DNA from: a virus
UHGV virus genome: UHGV-0025826
Reading direction: 5' to 3' (one strand)
DNA: 41,937 nucleotides
The notes under the pieces are model-generated. The model was given only the letters and a program-made list of their open reading frames with translations, was not told where the DNA came from and searched no databases. Below are positions 17,859-26,468 of this stretch, one piece after another. The translations under genes and the position numbers were made by a program. Each line of letters begins with the position of its first letter. Positions within the stretch are counted from its first letter, which is position 1.

Positions 17859-19138
17859 GTGCCACCCCCTGCGACAATCGCCTTAATTTCTGCTTCGGTG
17901 ACCGTCTTCAGTACGCCCCGGTTTATCATTTCCCTGATAGCAACTTCTTCCGTCAGGATTGAACCCGTTACCAGCGTATTAAATCCGGTGGCGTACTGGC
18001 TAAACCGGTTAGCTTCGTCAGCCTCATTAATACTGTCGATTGTCGGGTATTCGTAGGTAAGGCTTTCCGTTATGGCGAGTTTATCCAGCGTGAACTGGTC
18101 GGCGAAATCCTGCATTGGACGAAGCCGGGACTCCTGAAGTCCGTTAATCGTCTCGTAATAGGATTTATTGTCTTCCTCTCCGCTGCTGAACCCGCTGGCA
18201 GACTCACCAAACAGAACCGTTATGGGCCTGTCCAGAGCACCGGCCAGTACAATCGCCATTTTGCTGATCACATCCGACAGTCCGGTAAATTGCGCGTTTT
18301 TCTGCTCATAGCGCCCTTGAGATGTTGTATCACCAGCGTCAATTAGCAGCAGCCCGGTTGAGGATTTAGTTTCCTTCATCACCCTGGCGTATTCGCGCAC
18401 CTGCCCTTCCTGACCCGCTGCGATCTGGTTATTCATGCCGGGGATAAACAGCACATCGACGTTTGCCTCCTGTATGGTGTCTCCGGTGCTGAGGATTGCT
18501 GTGTCGAAGGTTTTGATATGCTCATAGGGCGCCTGAAGGTCTGACGTGCCAAACTTTGCGCGATCCTTAATGCTGTGATTGCCCAGCTTTGTCCGGCAGC
18601 AGCGGGAATGATGAAACCTGAGTTGCTTCGTCCCGACATCAAGTTGATACGTCAGCGGCTCACCAAAACAGTCCGAACGTATGTCGGTGATGACATTACT
18701 GTCCGGCGTGTACTCCCCTTTACGGAACACCAGGAATTTAACGATATCTTCGCTCTGCAAATTGAGCGGCAAGGCTATCTGGTCATCAGCACAATCCGTG
18801 ATAGCCACGATTAGCGAGTCACCCAACAGAGAGGCCCATCCCAGCGCGCTGTGAAAGACTGCGTTTAATTTCAGTTCTTTTTCAGCGTCAGCGATGCGTT
18901 TGGTTATGGAGCTATCGACGTCGCCCGAAAATTTACGGGGCAACTTCAGCATGTCGTCGGCGGTTTTGTTGATGTACTTTTTCACCACCCACGATTTTTT
19001 ATACATCGCGAGCAGCTCTTTATCAGGTACGTCAGGCTTACTGCTGCTATACCGCACTGCGCCAATCTTCTCGCCGAGCGAAGTCATTAAGCTAACCAGG
19101 CCATCATTCAGACGACCAACGATATTTTTTCTCGTCAT
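17849..19138 (-). CDS. Portal protein
   Basis: 429 aa; start overlaps the terminase large subunit stop (ATGA). Confidence 0.7.
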   Translation of the reverse strand: MTRKNIVGRLNDGLVSLMTSLGEKIGAVRYSSSKPDVPDKELLAMYKKSWVVKKYINKTADDMLKLPRKFSGDVDSSITKRIADAEKELKLNAVFHSALGWASLLGDSLIVAITDCADDQIALPLNLQSEDIVKFLVFRKGEYTPDSNVITDIRSDCFGEPLTYQLDVGTKQLRFHHSRCCRTKLGNHSIKDRAKFGTSDLQAPYEHIKTFDTAILSTGDTIQEANVDVLFIPGMNNQIAAGQEGQVREYARVMKETKSSTGLLLIDAGDTTSQGRYEQKNAQFTGLSDVISKMAIVLAGALDRPITVLFGESASGFSSGEEDNKSYYETINGLQESRLRPMQDFADQFTLDKLAITESLTYEYPTIDSINEADEANRFSQYATGFNTLVTGSILTEEVAIREMINRGVLKTVTEAEIKAIVAGGGTWT

Positions 19139-20556
19139 TACATGATGTCCAGTGGGCTGAGTGTTTTTCTCTGATACAAATCGCGTAGTCCCTGTGTCAT
19201 TGCATCGACAACGTCATCGTTCGCGCCGACAGGGAACGTGGTAATTTCCTCGACCGTCTCAGTGATCCACGGTGCGATGTCTTTATGGGGAAGGAAAACG
19301 TTACCTGCTTCCCATACAGCGGTGATCGCATGCGCCCGGGCGACTTTGCTGCCGTCCGGTTCAACGGGAACGAGTCCTGCTACGGTGCTTTTCAGTGAAT
19401 CAATAACCGCCGGGCCGTTGGCTTTATCCTCCACCAGCTTGCGCAGGCCTTTGGGGTATTCGTCGGCCATGCGTTTAACGGCTTTGAGTGTTGCGGTAAA
19501 GCTCATGCGCGCGCGCACCTGGTGAAGCAGATAAGCATTGGCGCCTTTTTTCCCCCATACCTGCCCGACAACGTAGTCGGTGCCCTCGCTGTCTTTGAAG
19601 GTCATATCCCAGCTATGGACGACAATATCGAAGTTGGTCGGCAAGTCTTTCGGGAGGTAATACTTGATCCACTCGTCTTTGAAGATTGAGCCGCCGGCCT
19701 GTTTTGGTGACTGCTGATACATCGCAGACCAGAAGTAATCCCCGAGAATGGTTTTGGTTTCGAGCAGCTTTTCTTTCGGGTGCAGTTCAGGCACCAGCGC
19801 TTCACCCTGCTCGTTGATTGCAGGGAACGCCAGCACCTTAGCGCGCGGCGTGATTTCCACCACACGCCCGGATAAATCATCTGTCGCCCAGCGGGTCGCC
19901 ATGATGATTTCGCCGCTGTTTTTCGACAGACGCGTTTTAAACGTGGAAACGTACCAGTTCCAGATAGATTTTTTGGTCGTCGGGCTGAGTGCTTCTTTGG
20001 CGTTTTTTATCGGGTCATCGATGATACCGAGATCGATTTTCTTACCTGTTAACGGGCCGCCTACGCCCGCACAGACATACGTTCCCTTATGGTTGGCTAT
20101 ACCGAATTCGTCAGTGTTACGCTTTACGGCCACACCATCAGCCGGCTTATTTCCCAACCAGGCACCCGGAAATATGTTGCGGTATTCCGGCGTGGACATA
20201 ATGCGCTGAACATCGGCGTTCATGTCCCCGGCAAGGTCAGCGGAGTACGACAAAGCGCCCACGCGCATTTCAGGATATTTTCCGAAGAAATACGCTGGCA
20301 GGTAACGCGAAACGATATCCGATTTACCATGCTGCGGCGGCGCACCGAGAATCAGTATCGGGCGCAGCCCGTTCATCATATCCAGCAGGAACTGATCCAG
20401 AGCGTCGCAGACCGTCTGAGAGAACTTGCTGGTGATGTATTCGGGATTAATGTACTGAATGAAGTCGTGGAGGCTTGCCCGCGCATTGCGTCGTTTGAGT
20501 AACTCGGCCGCTGCTTCCTGCTTACTTACCAGCGATAATTGCGGCGAGCTGCTCAT
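19138..20556 (-). CDS. Terminase large subunit
   Basis: 472 aa; Walker A-like GAPPQHGKS near the N-terminus; between terminase small subunit and portal. Confidence 0.8.
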   Translation of the reverse strand: MSSSPQLSLVSKQEAAAELLKRRNARASLHDFIQYINPEYITSKFSQTVCDALDQFLLDMMNGLRPILILGAPPQHGKSDIVSRYLPAYFFGKYPEMRVGALSYSADLAGDMNADVQRIMSTPEYRNIFPGAWLGNKPADGVAVKRNTDEFGIANHKGTYVCAGVGGPLTGKKIDLGIIDDPIKNAKEALSPTTKKSIWNWYVSTFKTRLSKNSGEIIMATRWATDDLSGRVVEITPRAKVLAFPAINEQGEALVPELHPKEKLLETKTILGDYFWSAMYQQSPKQAGGSIFKDEWIKYYLPKDLPTNFDIVVHSWDMTFKDSEGTDYVVGQVWGKKGANAYLLHQVRARMSFTATLKAVKRMADEYPKGLRKLVEDKANGPAVIDSLKSTVAGLVPVEPDGSKVARAHAITAVWEAGNVFLPHKDIAPWITETVEEITTFPVGANDDVVDAMTQGLRDLYQRKTLSPLDIM

Positions 20557-21520
20557 CAGTCAGATCCTCCGCGCTTACTGTGTGATTATGCTGTATGGGC
20601 TCACCATTCGGGCCGCTTAACTCAGTTTTGGTTTTCAGCATGCCGAGGTGTTGTGCGACCATCTTCATAGCCTCATCCTGATTGCGGGTGATCATTTCAA
20701 GGCCAAATTTGCCCTCTTTAATCCCGGCAAAAAGGCGGCGTTCTGCGCCCTTCAAATCTCGTGTATCGTGGAAAACAGGACGGCTCAGACCAACGCCATT
20801 GCAGCGGGGGCAATCCGGGTTCGGGTCCAGTGTGCCGTCGTAGCCGTAGCCGCCCGTATCCTTAGGCTGCATGGCACCTTCCTTCCCCTTAACCTTTTCT
20901 TCCGCTTCCTCAAACTCAACTGCATCGCGCCACTGGTAGTTAAAACCGAGTCCCCAGCAGTAACGGCAACAGCCGCGGTGATGTTCAGTAAGTTGCGTAG
21001 CGTCTGCCGTCGCAATGTCCCACCACCATTTCAACACTTCGTCCTGCGTTATCTTCACTCTTCGCGAGCGTTCGTCCAGCGCGTCGCGGATTGCCTGGCT
21101 GACCTTAGCATTTCTTAGCAGGCGCGAGGCGTTAACGTAAGCCGTATTTCCTTCACCTTTATAGCCAGCTCGCTTGTATGCAGCGGTCCTGTTCAGATCG
21201 AGAAGATACTCTTCGACAAACCTGATCTGCATATCGTTAAGGCCGTAATTGCGCAGGTTGAAGGGTTGCGCACTTTCCTGTATATCGGTCTGCGCATCAG
21301 TTGAGGATTGCTCATACTGCGCAGTGGTAGGGGCTTGTTCAGTCTGCGCATTGCGCACTTTCTTCTGCGCATTTTTTTGCGCAGTTGGCTTTTTGATATA
21401 GCGCCGCGCAGATGTGTAATTCAGCCCCCGCGCTTCACACCAGTCTTTGGGGGAAATACCGGATTTAGCATGCTCGGCGAGGAACTGGTGTTGCAGTGAT
21501 CCCCAGTCCGGTTTTGCCAT
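20522..21520 (-). CDS. Terminase small subunit
   Basis: 332 aa; basic N-terminal region; Cys cluster (CCRYCWG...CPRCNG); first gene of the packaging operon. Confidence 0.55.
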   Translation of the reverse strand: MAKPDWGSLQHQFLAEHAKSGISPKDWCEARGLNYTSARRYIKKPTAQKNAQKKVRNAQTEQAPTTAQYEQSSTDAQTDIQESAQPFNLRNYGLNDMQIRFVEEYLLDLNRTAAYKRAGYKGEGNTAYVNASRLLRNAKVSQAIRDALDERSRRVKITQDEVLKWWWDIATADATQLTEHHRGCCRYCWGLGFNYQWRDAVEFEEAEEKVKGKEGAMQPKDTGGYGYDGTLDPNPDCPRCNGVGLSRPVFHDTRDLKGAERRLFAGIKEGKFGLEMITRNQDEAMKMVAQHLGMLKTKTELSGPNGEPIQHNHTVSAEDLTDEQLAAIIAGK

Positions 21521-21607
21521 TTTAACCCTCAGTTTCTTGAAAACTATTTAATCAGATGTATCTTTGATAACGCAGTATCAACGCTCTATTAATTCAAGGA
21601 ATTTAGA

Positions 21608-22168
21608 ATGAAATACTCACAGCAAGAAAAACTACAGATCATGATGCTCAGTGATATTCACCGAGCATTAGAAATTGAAAACTCATTTGATCCTGACCTC
21701 ATTGACGAAGCAGTGAGCACGGATAACTACTGGGCTTTATCCTGGGAATACCCAGGCCTTCAAGATGAAGAAGAGGAGACCCCCTGGGAAGTCCAGCTTT
21801 TCGTTGATACCTATGATATGTATGACATTCTCCAATACACATACGAACGATTCAGTGCGGAAGACAAAGCAGAGGTTGCCAAATCTATTCGTAATTTCGA
21901 TGAGAAATTATCACTCACATTCCCCGGATTTGACGGTAACAACGAATCAAAGTTTCTTTTGATTGGTAGTTTATTGAAACGAATGGGACGGTTTAGCGGC
22001 AAAGACGATCTCACCCGGAACTCTCACATGCCCTCTGTTGCAATTTACCAACGTATGCTTGAAGTTTTCCTTCCTGCCAGAGCTAAGAATTGGGTTCACA
22101 ATGTGGGCATTACTAAACATGATTTTATCGATACACTCAACGCGAGAGTGCATCCAGAAAATCGTTAA
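21608..22168 (+). CDS. YfbU-family (UPF0304) protein; opposite-strand moron between lysis and packaging genes
   Basis: 186 aa; recalled E. coli YfbU shares DxYxMY..L, FLGFD-like and a C-terminal YQRML.V segment (here VDTYDMYDIL, TFPGFDG, YQRMLEVF). Confidence 0.5.
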   Translation: MKYSQQEKLQIMMLSDIHRALEIENSFDPDLIDEAVSTDNYWALSWEYPGLQDEEEETPWEVQLFVDTYDMYDILQYTYERFSAEDKAEVAKSIRNFDEKLSLTFPGFDGNNESKFLLIGSLLKRMGRFSGKDDLTRNSHMPSVAIYQRMLEVFLPARAKNWVHNVGITKHDFIDTLNARVHPENR

Positions 22169-22173
22169 ACGTT

Positions 22174-22195
22174 AATGCCCGCAAATGCGGGCATT
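22174..22195. terminator. Bidirectional terminator hairpin between convergent YfbU-like and Rz genes
   Basis: Palindrome aatgcccgcaaatgcgggcatt with AT-rich flanks on both sides. Confidence 0.5.
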
Positions 22196-22721
22196 ATTCA
22201 TCATGGCGCCTTATTACTTTGTCGTAGGTGCGCTCACAGGTATTTCCGGCGACATAACGCTCATCAGCCTCTTTTGCGAATTTTCCCGCCAGATCGTCAG
22301 CTTCGCTGAGCAACTGGGCGAGCAATATTCCGGCCTCGGCTTTTGCCTGGCTTGTTGCTGCAATTGCGGAAATTCTGCCTGTTTCACTTGTTGCGAGCTG
22401 CCGTTGTATTTCGGCGAGCTGCTGTTGCAACCCACTGCGAGCACGCTTAGCAGCGTTAGCATCAGCCTGTACTTTTGCCAGTTCTTCATCGGCTTTCTCT
22501 CGTTCTTCATCTACGGCCCGCTGGCGGCGCTGCTCTTCTGCTCTTTCGGTTACTTCACGCTGCAATGTAGTGGTCGCATCAGTAAGGTCACGTTGTGCCC
22601 ACTGCAATTTCCAGGATGAGTCCGCCTCCTGATACCCGCGTGAATAACACCAGTACGCGACCGCGCATAACAAAAAAGCCACCAGCAGTATTTCTGCCAG
22701 CGGCTTCCAGTAAGCCCTCAC
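22194..22721 (-). CDS. i-spanin (Rz-like)
   Basis: Start set to GTG at 22721 overlapping the endolysin stop (GTGA); N-terminal TM (LAEILLVAFLLCAVAYW) then long coiled coil. Confidence 0.6.
   Translation of the reverse strand: MRAYWKPLAEILLVAFLLCAVAYWCYSRGYQEADSSWKLQWAQRDLTDATTTLQREVTERAEEQRRQRAVDEEREKADEELAKVQADANAAKRARSGLQQQLAEIQRQLATSETGRISAIAATSQAKAEAGILLAQLLSEADDLAGKFAKEADERYVAGNTCERTYDKVIRRHDE
22214..22489 (-). CDS. o-spanin (Rz1-like lipoprotein) embedded in the +1 frame of Rz
   Basis: MKNWQKYRLMLTLLSVLAVGC: basic n-region, hydrophobic core and lipobox-like AVGC; fully nested in the Rz gene; exact start uncertain. Confidence 0.45.
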   Translation of the reverse strand: MKNWQKYRLMLTLLSVLAVGCNSSSPKYNGSSQQVKQAEFPQLQQQARQKPRPEYCSPSCSAKLTIWRENSQKRLMSVMSPEIPVSAPTTK

Positions 22722-23257
22722 TGGTCTATCCCCCAGCACGTTAACGCGCTTTCCTGGTCTCGTCGCTCTACCTGACCATAGCACCCATTTTTCTGGCCTT
22801 TGGTCAGACGACAGTCGCGGCCACCATCTTTAATCCACCAGCGAATAGCTTCACATGCGCCTTTACGGTCGCCAGCATTAATTCGCTTATAGAACGTAGA
22901 CGGGAAACATTTCCCGGGGCCGATGTTATAGGGGCAGAAAGATGCGATCCCGGCTTTCTGTGGTTCGGTCAGTGGTACTTTGATATTTCGGTCAACCCAC
23001 GCCAGCGCCTTGTCGCGTTCAATGGCATTCACCTGGGCACATTTCTCAGCTGACAACTTCATACCCTGAACTACCGGCTTGCCGTCAACCGTGGTAGCTC
23101 CCCGGCAAATCGTCCAGATACCGCTGCCATCTTTGTACGCTGTAAGGCTGTTTCCCTCTTTCTCATTCAGAAACTGATCGAGAATGACGGATGCTGGCGC
23201 ACCAGCAAGTACCAACCCCAGAACAGCAGCACTTAATTTTGCTCTGGATCCCATCAC
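22718..23257 (-). CDS. SAR endolysin (GH24 lysozyme, phage 21 R-like)
   Basis: 179 aa; Gly/Ala-rich N-terminal signal-anchor LSAAVLGLVLAGAPASVIL; catalytic E-x8-D-x5-T (EGNSLTAYKDGSGIWT). Confidence 0.85.
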   Translation of the reverse strand: MMGSRAKLSAAVLGLVLAGAPASVILDQFLNEKEGNSLTAYKDGSGIWTICRGATTVDGKPVVQGMKLSAEKCAQVNAIERDKALAWVDRNIKVPLTEPQKAGIASFCPYNIGPGKCFPSTFYKRINAGDRKGACEAIRWWIKDGGRDCRLTKGQKNGCYGQVERRDQESALTCWGIDQ

Positions 23258-23556
23258 TCACCTTCCTTTTGTAATGCCTCAACGACCACGCTTGCAGCCG
23301 CAGGACGTTCGTGAAGGGGTTTATCACCAACGCCTTTCAGGTAGTCATTAACCATTTTTGTTCGCTTCTCGTCCTCTCTACGCCTGCGGTGGGCATCCAC
23401 GCGACCATTGACATAGGAGGCAAACGAGATAAGCAGACCAGCGGCGCCAAAGAACATGAACACCATATCCTGAGTGGTAAAACCAATGGCTGACGCCAGA
23501 GCTGCTACCCACGCGAAGAACTGCGTGAAAATGTTCCCTGAATCATTCATTTTCAT
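23254..23556 (-). CDS. Holin (class II, pinholin-type) with dual-start MKM motif
   Basis: 100 aa; two hydrophobic segments and charged C-terminus; begins MKM as in lambda S; stop overlaps endolysin start. Confidence 0.7.
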   Translation of the reverse strand: MKMNDSGNIFTQFFAWVAALASAIGFTTQDMVFMFFGAAGLLISFASYVNGRVDAHRRRREDEKRTKMVNDYLKGVGDKPLHERPAAASVVVEALQKEGE

Positions 23557-23593
23557 GGTCTCTCACCTCGCTGTGTGCGGGTGTTATTGAGGT

Positions 23594-23618
23594 AATAAAA
23601 AAGGCCGCTTGAGCGACC
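23594..23618 (-). terminator. Rho-independent terminator between methyltransferase and holin genes
   Basis: Minus-strand RNA GGUCGCUCAAGCGGCC followed by UUUUUUAUU. Confidence 0.45.
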
Positions 23619-23624
23619 TCACGT

Positions 23625-24677
23625 TTATTCCCCTGTTAACGCCCTTATTTCCTCCACCGTCTGGCTAAACCTGTCCTCCTCGAGTTCAACGCCGATAGCC
23701 TGGCGGCCAAGTTCCAGCGCGATTTTCACGGTCGAACCGGACCCCATAAAGAAATCAGCCACCACATCACCAGGCTTACTGCTGGCGTTGATGATCTGCC
23801 GCAACATGTCAGCGGGTTTTTCGCATGGGTGTTTACCTGGGTAAAACTGAACGGGTTTATGTGTCCAGACGTCGGTATAAGGAACGGATACGGAAACAGA
23901 GAAATGCCGCCGAAGCGATTTGTACTCTTCGAGCAGCTCTGAATACTTGCGATTTAACGAATGCCACATAGCCACCAGCTGGTGGTGTGGTGTTGCCAGT
24001 TCGCCGTTCTGGTGCTTTTCGATGGCTACCTGCGTGAAAAGGGACTGAAGATTCCGGTAGTCTAATTCATTCGGTAATTGCCACTGGCTACCGCTGAACC
24101 AGTGAGACACCATGTTCTTCTTTCCAGTCGCATCGGCTATTTGTTTTGAGGTTATGCCAAGCGCTTCACGTGCATCCCGGAAATAAGAAATTAGGGGAGT
24201 CATTACATGCTGCTTCAGCTCGCTTCCCTTCTCCGCGTAACCGTCGCTCTTTGGTTTATACGGCCCCTGGTAATGCTCAGCGAAGAGGATGCGCTCTGTT
24301 GCAGGGAAGTAAGAGCGCAGACTCTCTTTATTACAGCCATTCCAGCGGCCCGACGGTTTAGCCCAGATGATGTGGTTCAGGACGTTGAACCGCTCACGCA
24401 TCATGATCTCAATGTCTGCCGCCAGGCGGTGACCGGAGAAAAGATAAAGACTGCCAGCAGGTTTAAGCACTCGCCAGAATTGTGCGAGGCACATATCAAG
24501 CCAGCGAAGATAATCCTCATCCCCTTTCCACTGATTGTCCCAGCCGTTGGGTTTCACTTTGAAGTACGGCGGATCCGTGACTATCAGGTCAATGGAGTTA
24601 TCAGGGAGAGTGGCGATGTATTGCAGGCTATCAGCGTTGACTAACTCAACACTGTTTATATTTACAGTATTTTTCAT
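23625..24677 (-). CDS. DNA methyltransferase, beta-class (N6-adenine or N4-cytosine), no adjacent endonuclease recognised
   Basis: 350 aa; DPPY motif near the N-terminus (LIVTDPPYF) and FxGxG near the C-terminus (DFFMGSGST). Confidence 0.85.
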   Translation of the reverse strand: MKNTVNINSVELVNADSLQYIATLPDNSIDLIVTDPPYFKVKPNGWDNQWKGDEDYLRWLDMCLAQFWRVLKPAGSLYLFSGHRLAADIEIMMRERFNVLNHIIWAKPSGRWNGCNKESLRSYFPATERILFAEHYQGPYKPKSDGYAEKGSELKQHVMTPLISYFRDAREALGITSKQIADATGKKNMVSHWFSGSQWQLPNELDYRNLQSLFTQVAIEKHQNGELATPHHQLVAMWHSLNRKYSELLEEYKSLRRHFSVSVSVPYTDVWTHKPVQFYPGKHPCEKPADMLRQIINASSKPGDVVADFFMGSGSTVKIALELGRQAIGVELEEDRFSQTVEEIRALTGE

Positions 24678-24819
24678 AGATCAATAAGCGTAACTCTGAT
24701 AGGCTCTCTTTGCTTTTGCGCTAAAGCAATGGGCCTTGGTTAGCTTGTGACCTGAAAGCATGAGCTGATGGCTGGTGGGTGCTCCAACATCCACCAGCCG
24801 CCCATTTTCACAGCAAAAT

Positions 24820-24869
24820 ACCTCCGAAATGGAGGTGCGAAGGCATAAAAAAACCCCGCTTAAGCGAGG
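24820..24869 (-). terminator. Two tandem rho-independent terminators downstream of the Q-proximal two-gene cassette
   Basis: Minus-strand CCUCGCUUAAGCGGGG then U7 (24847-24869), followed by ACCUCCAUUUCGGAGGU then AUUUUG (24820-24836). Confidence 0.5.
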
Positions 24870-24886
24870 TTATTTCGAATAGATAA

Positions 24887-25291
24887 TCAAGCAGCAGGTT
24901 CGGATGGATAAACCTGCTCATACATCTGCTGAAGGGTGTCAATAGCTTTGTTAGCCATTATCAATATAGCTTCCGCATCAGCCTTACTTAAAGTTCTATC
25001 AAGCTCGTAATCTGCCCATTTACGTCGGGTATGCAAATGTCTCAGCATTGTTCCCATAGAAATGAGTTTCATTTTTTCAAACGGCTCATTTCCTTTTAAC
25101 CATGCATCATTTGTAAGATAGTCGCGAACAGCTTGGTGTGACGACTTGTTTGGGCATTTCTCAAGCTTATCAAGCGTTTCATGATAAACTCCATAATACG
25201 CTCGACCAATGGCGTTTCTGTAACCGATTTCATCGTTGTGAGAAATGCATTTACCAGCAAAAACAATAAAATCTTTCCCCGATACGCTCAT
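24887..25291 (-). CDS. Hypothetical protein, cassette A gene 2 (134 aa); possible HEPN-like R-x6-H motif
   Basis: Start overlaps the upstream stop (ATGA at 25289-25293); contains RAYYGVYH; looks AT-rich by eye; no family recognised. Confidence 0.5.
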   Translation of the reverse strand: MSVSGKDFIVFAGKCISHNDEIGYRNAIGRAYYGVYHETLDKLEKCPNKSSHQAVRDYLTNDAWLKGNEPFEKMKLISMGTMLRHLHTRRKWADYELDRTLSKADAEAILIMANKAIDTLQQMYEQVYPSEPAA

Positions 25292-26046
25292 CAGTAAATC
25301 CCTCTTTTTTCATCGCTTTGGAACCAGGATGTAAAAGGGCTGTTCCGATAACTATCATCTGAGAGCAAAACCAACAGTTCCATGTTCATTTCAGCTAAAA
25401 CCTGCGGATCAGCAGTTTGGGCTCTAACGATGAATGCATTGTCATCATCTCCACCAAGATAATAGCTAACACTTGAACAGTTAATACCGCGCTTGTTCGC
25501 AATCTCTTCAGCTTGATCGCAAAGGGCTTCTAGTTCTCGAGAAGAAAGACGGGTAGCGTTTTTGAAATCAACAATCTGTTCAGCCATATAATTTCCCTGA
25601 TTGATTATATCCTCTCGCTCTTGGCCATCATAAAGAGCAGCCATTTTGAGGGAGAACTTTTTAACCAACTTGTCGTTGCCGATACAAAATGCAGCGTTTC
25701 TTGCTACAAGCCTCAGTTCATGTGAAGGGAAAAGCTCAACTATTCTAAACAACTCAACGCGATGCTCATAGTTATGAGCCGAACGAGAAAGATACGCCAA
25801 GTAGTTTTGTGCGATCGTTGGACTCCCAGAGCTCATCGCGTCTTTGAATAAACGTACTGCATCAGAGTGACGCCCGAGAGTTCCATTAAGCCATGCATAC
25901 GCATGTGCGCGCTCACTTATTGGAAGTTTAGCAATGTCGTGCTCAATTTCCGCAATAGTGTCTGTATCCGGGACTTCTCCCTTCTGGAAGTAATCGAGGA
26001 TTGTTGCAAGCAGTTCTTGTTCTTTTGACTCAGGCTGTCCTGACAT
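25291..26046 (-). CDS. Hypothetical protein, cassette A gene 1 (251 aa); predicted helical, TPR-like repeats
   Basis: Segments such as AHAYAWLNGTLGRHSDAVRLFKDA and IAQNYLAYLSRSAHNYEH look like TPR-type helical hairpins; no catalytic motif recognised. Confidence 0.5.
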   Translation of the reverse strand: MSGQPESKEQELLATILDYFQKGEVPDTDTIAEIEHDIAKLPISERAHAYAWLNGTLGRHSDAVRLFKDAMSSGSPTIAQNYLAYLSRSAHNYEHRVELFRIVELFPSHELRLVARNAAFCIGNDKLVKKFSLKMAALYDGQEREDIINQGNYMAEQIVDFKNATRLSSRELEALCDQAEEIANKRGINCSSVSYYLGGDDDNAFIVRAQTADPQVLAEMNMELLVLLSDDSYRNSPFTSWFQSDEKRGIY

Positions 26047-26390
26047 AATTTTCCCGAAGAAAACTAAATTCTGTATGTTTTCAATAGCTTCACTGGATAG
26101 GTTTTTATATTGCTGTCATCAGTATTGAAGCTTTTACGGGATTGTACAGGACCATCAGCGTTCTACTTGTGCATAAGAATTTAATAAACCTACAGACTTA
26201 TCCACAGAAAAAAGAGTTATCAACAAAAAAAGTTATTCACAACTTAACTAATAGCAAAATATTGTTGATAAGCTGTGCGTAATTATCATATCCATCAAAC
26301 TTACGCACATTAGAGCCTTGTGTTGCCTATCCATCGTTTTTTCCTATCAAAACGAAACGACATGCTTTTCTGCGATTAAAAAAGTATTCC

Positions 26391-26423
26391 GCAAAATTAA
26401 AAAACCCGCTCACTGGCGGGTTT
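26391..26423 (-). terminator. Rho-independent terminator about 45 nt downstream of the Q-position gene
   Basis: Minus-strand AAACCCGCCAGUGAGCGGGUUU followed by UUUUUUAAUUUU. Confidence 0.55.
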
Positions 26424-26468
26424 ATATACTGTTGGCACAATATCAAATTTACACGAAATATATGCTAA

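Noticed and set aside
22214-22510. Full-length 98-aa ORF starting at 22510 as the o-spanin
   Set aside because: The first seven residues precede the signal peptide; trimmed to the ATG at 22489. The nested frame is kept as Rz1-like, not as an independent gene.
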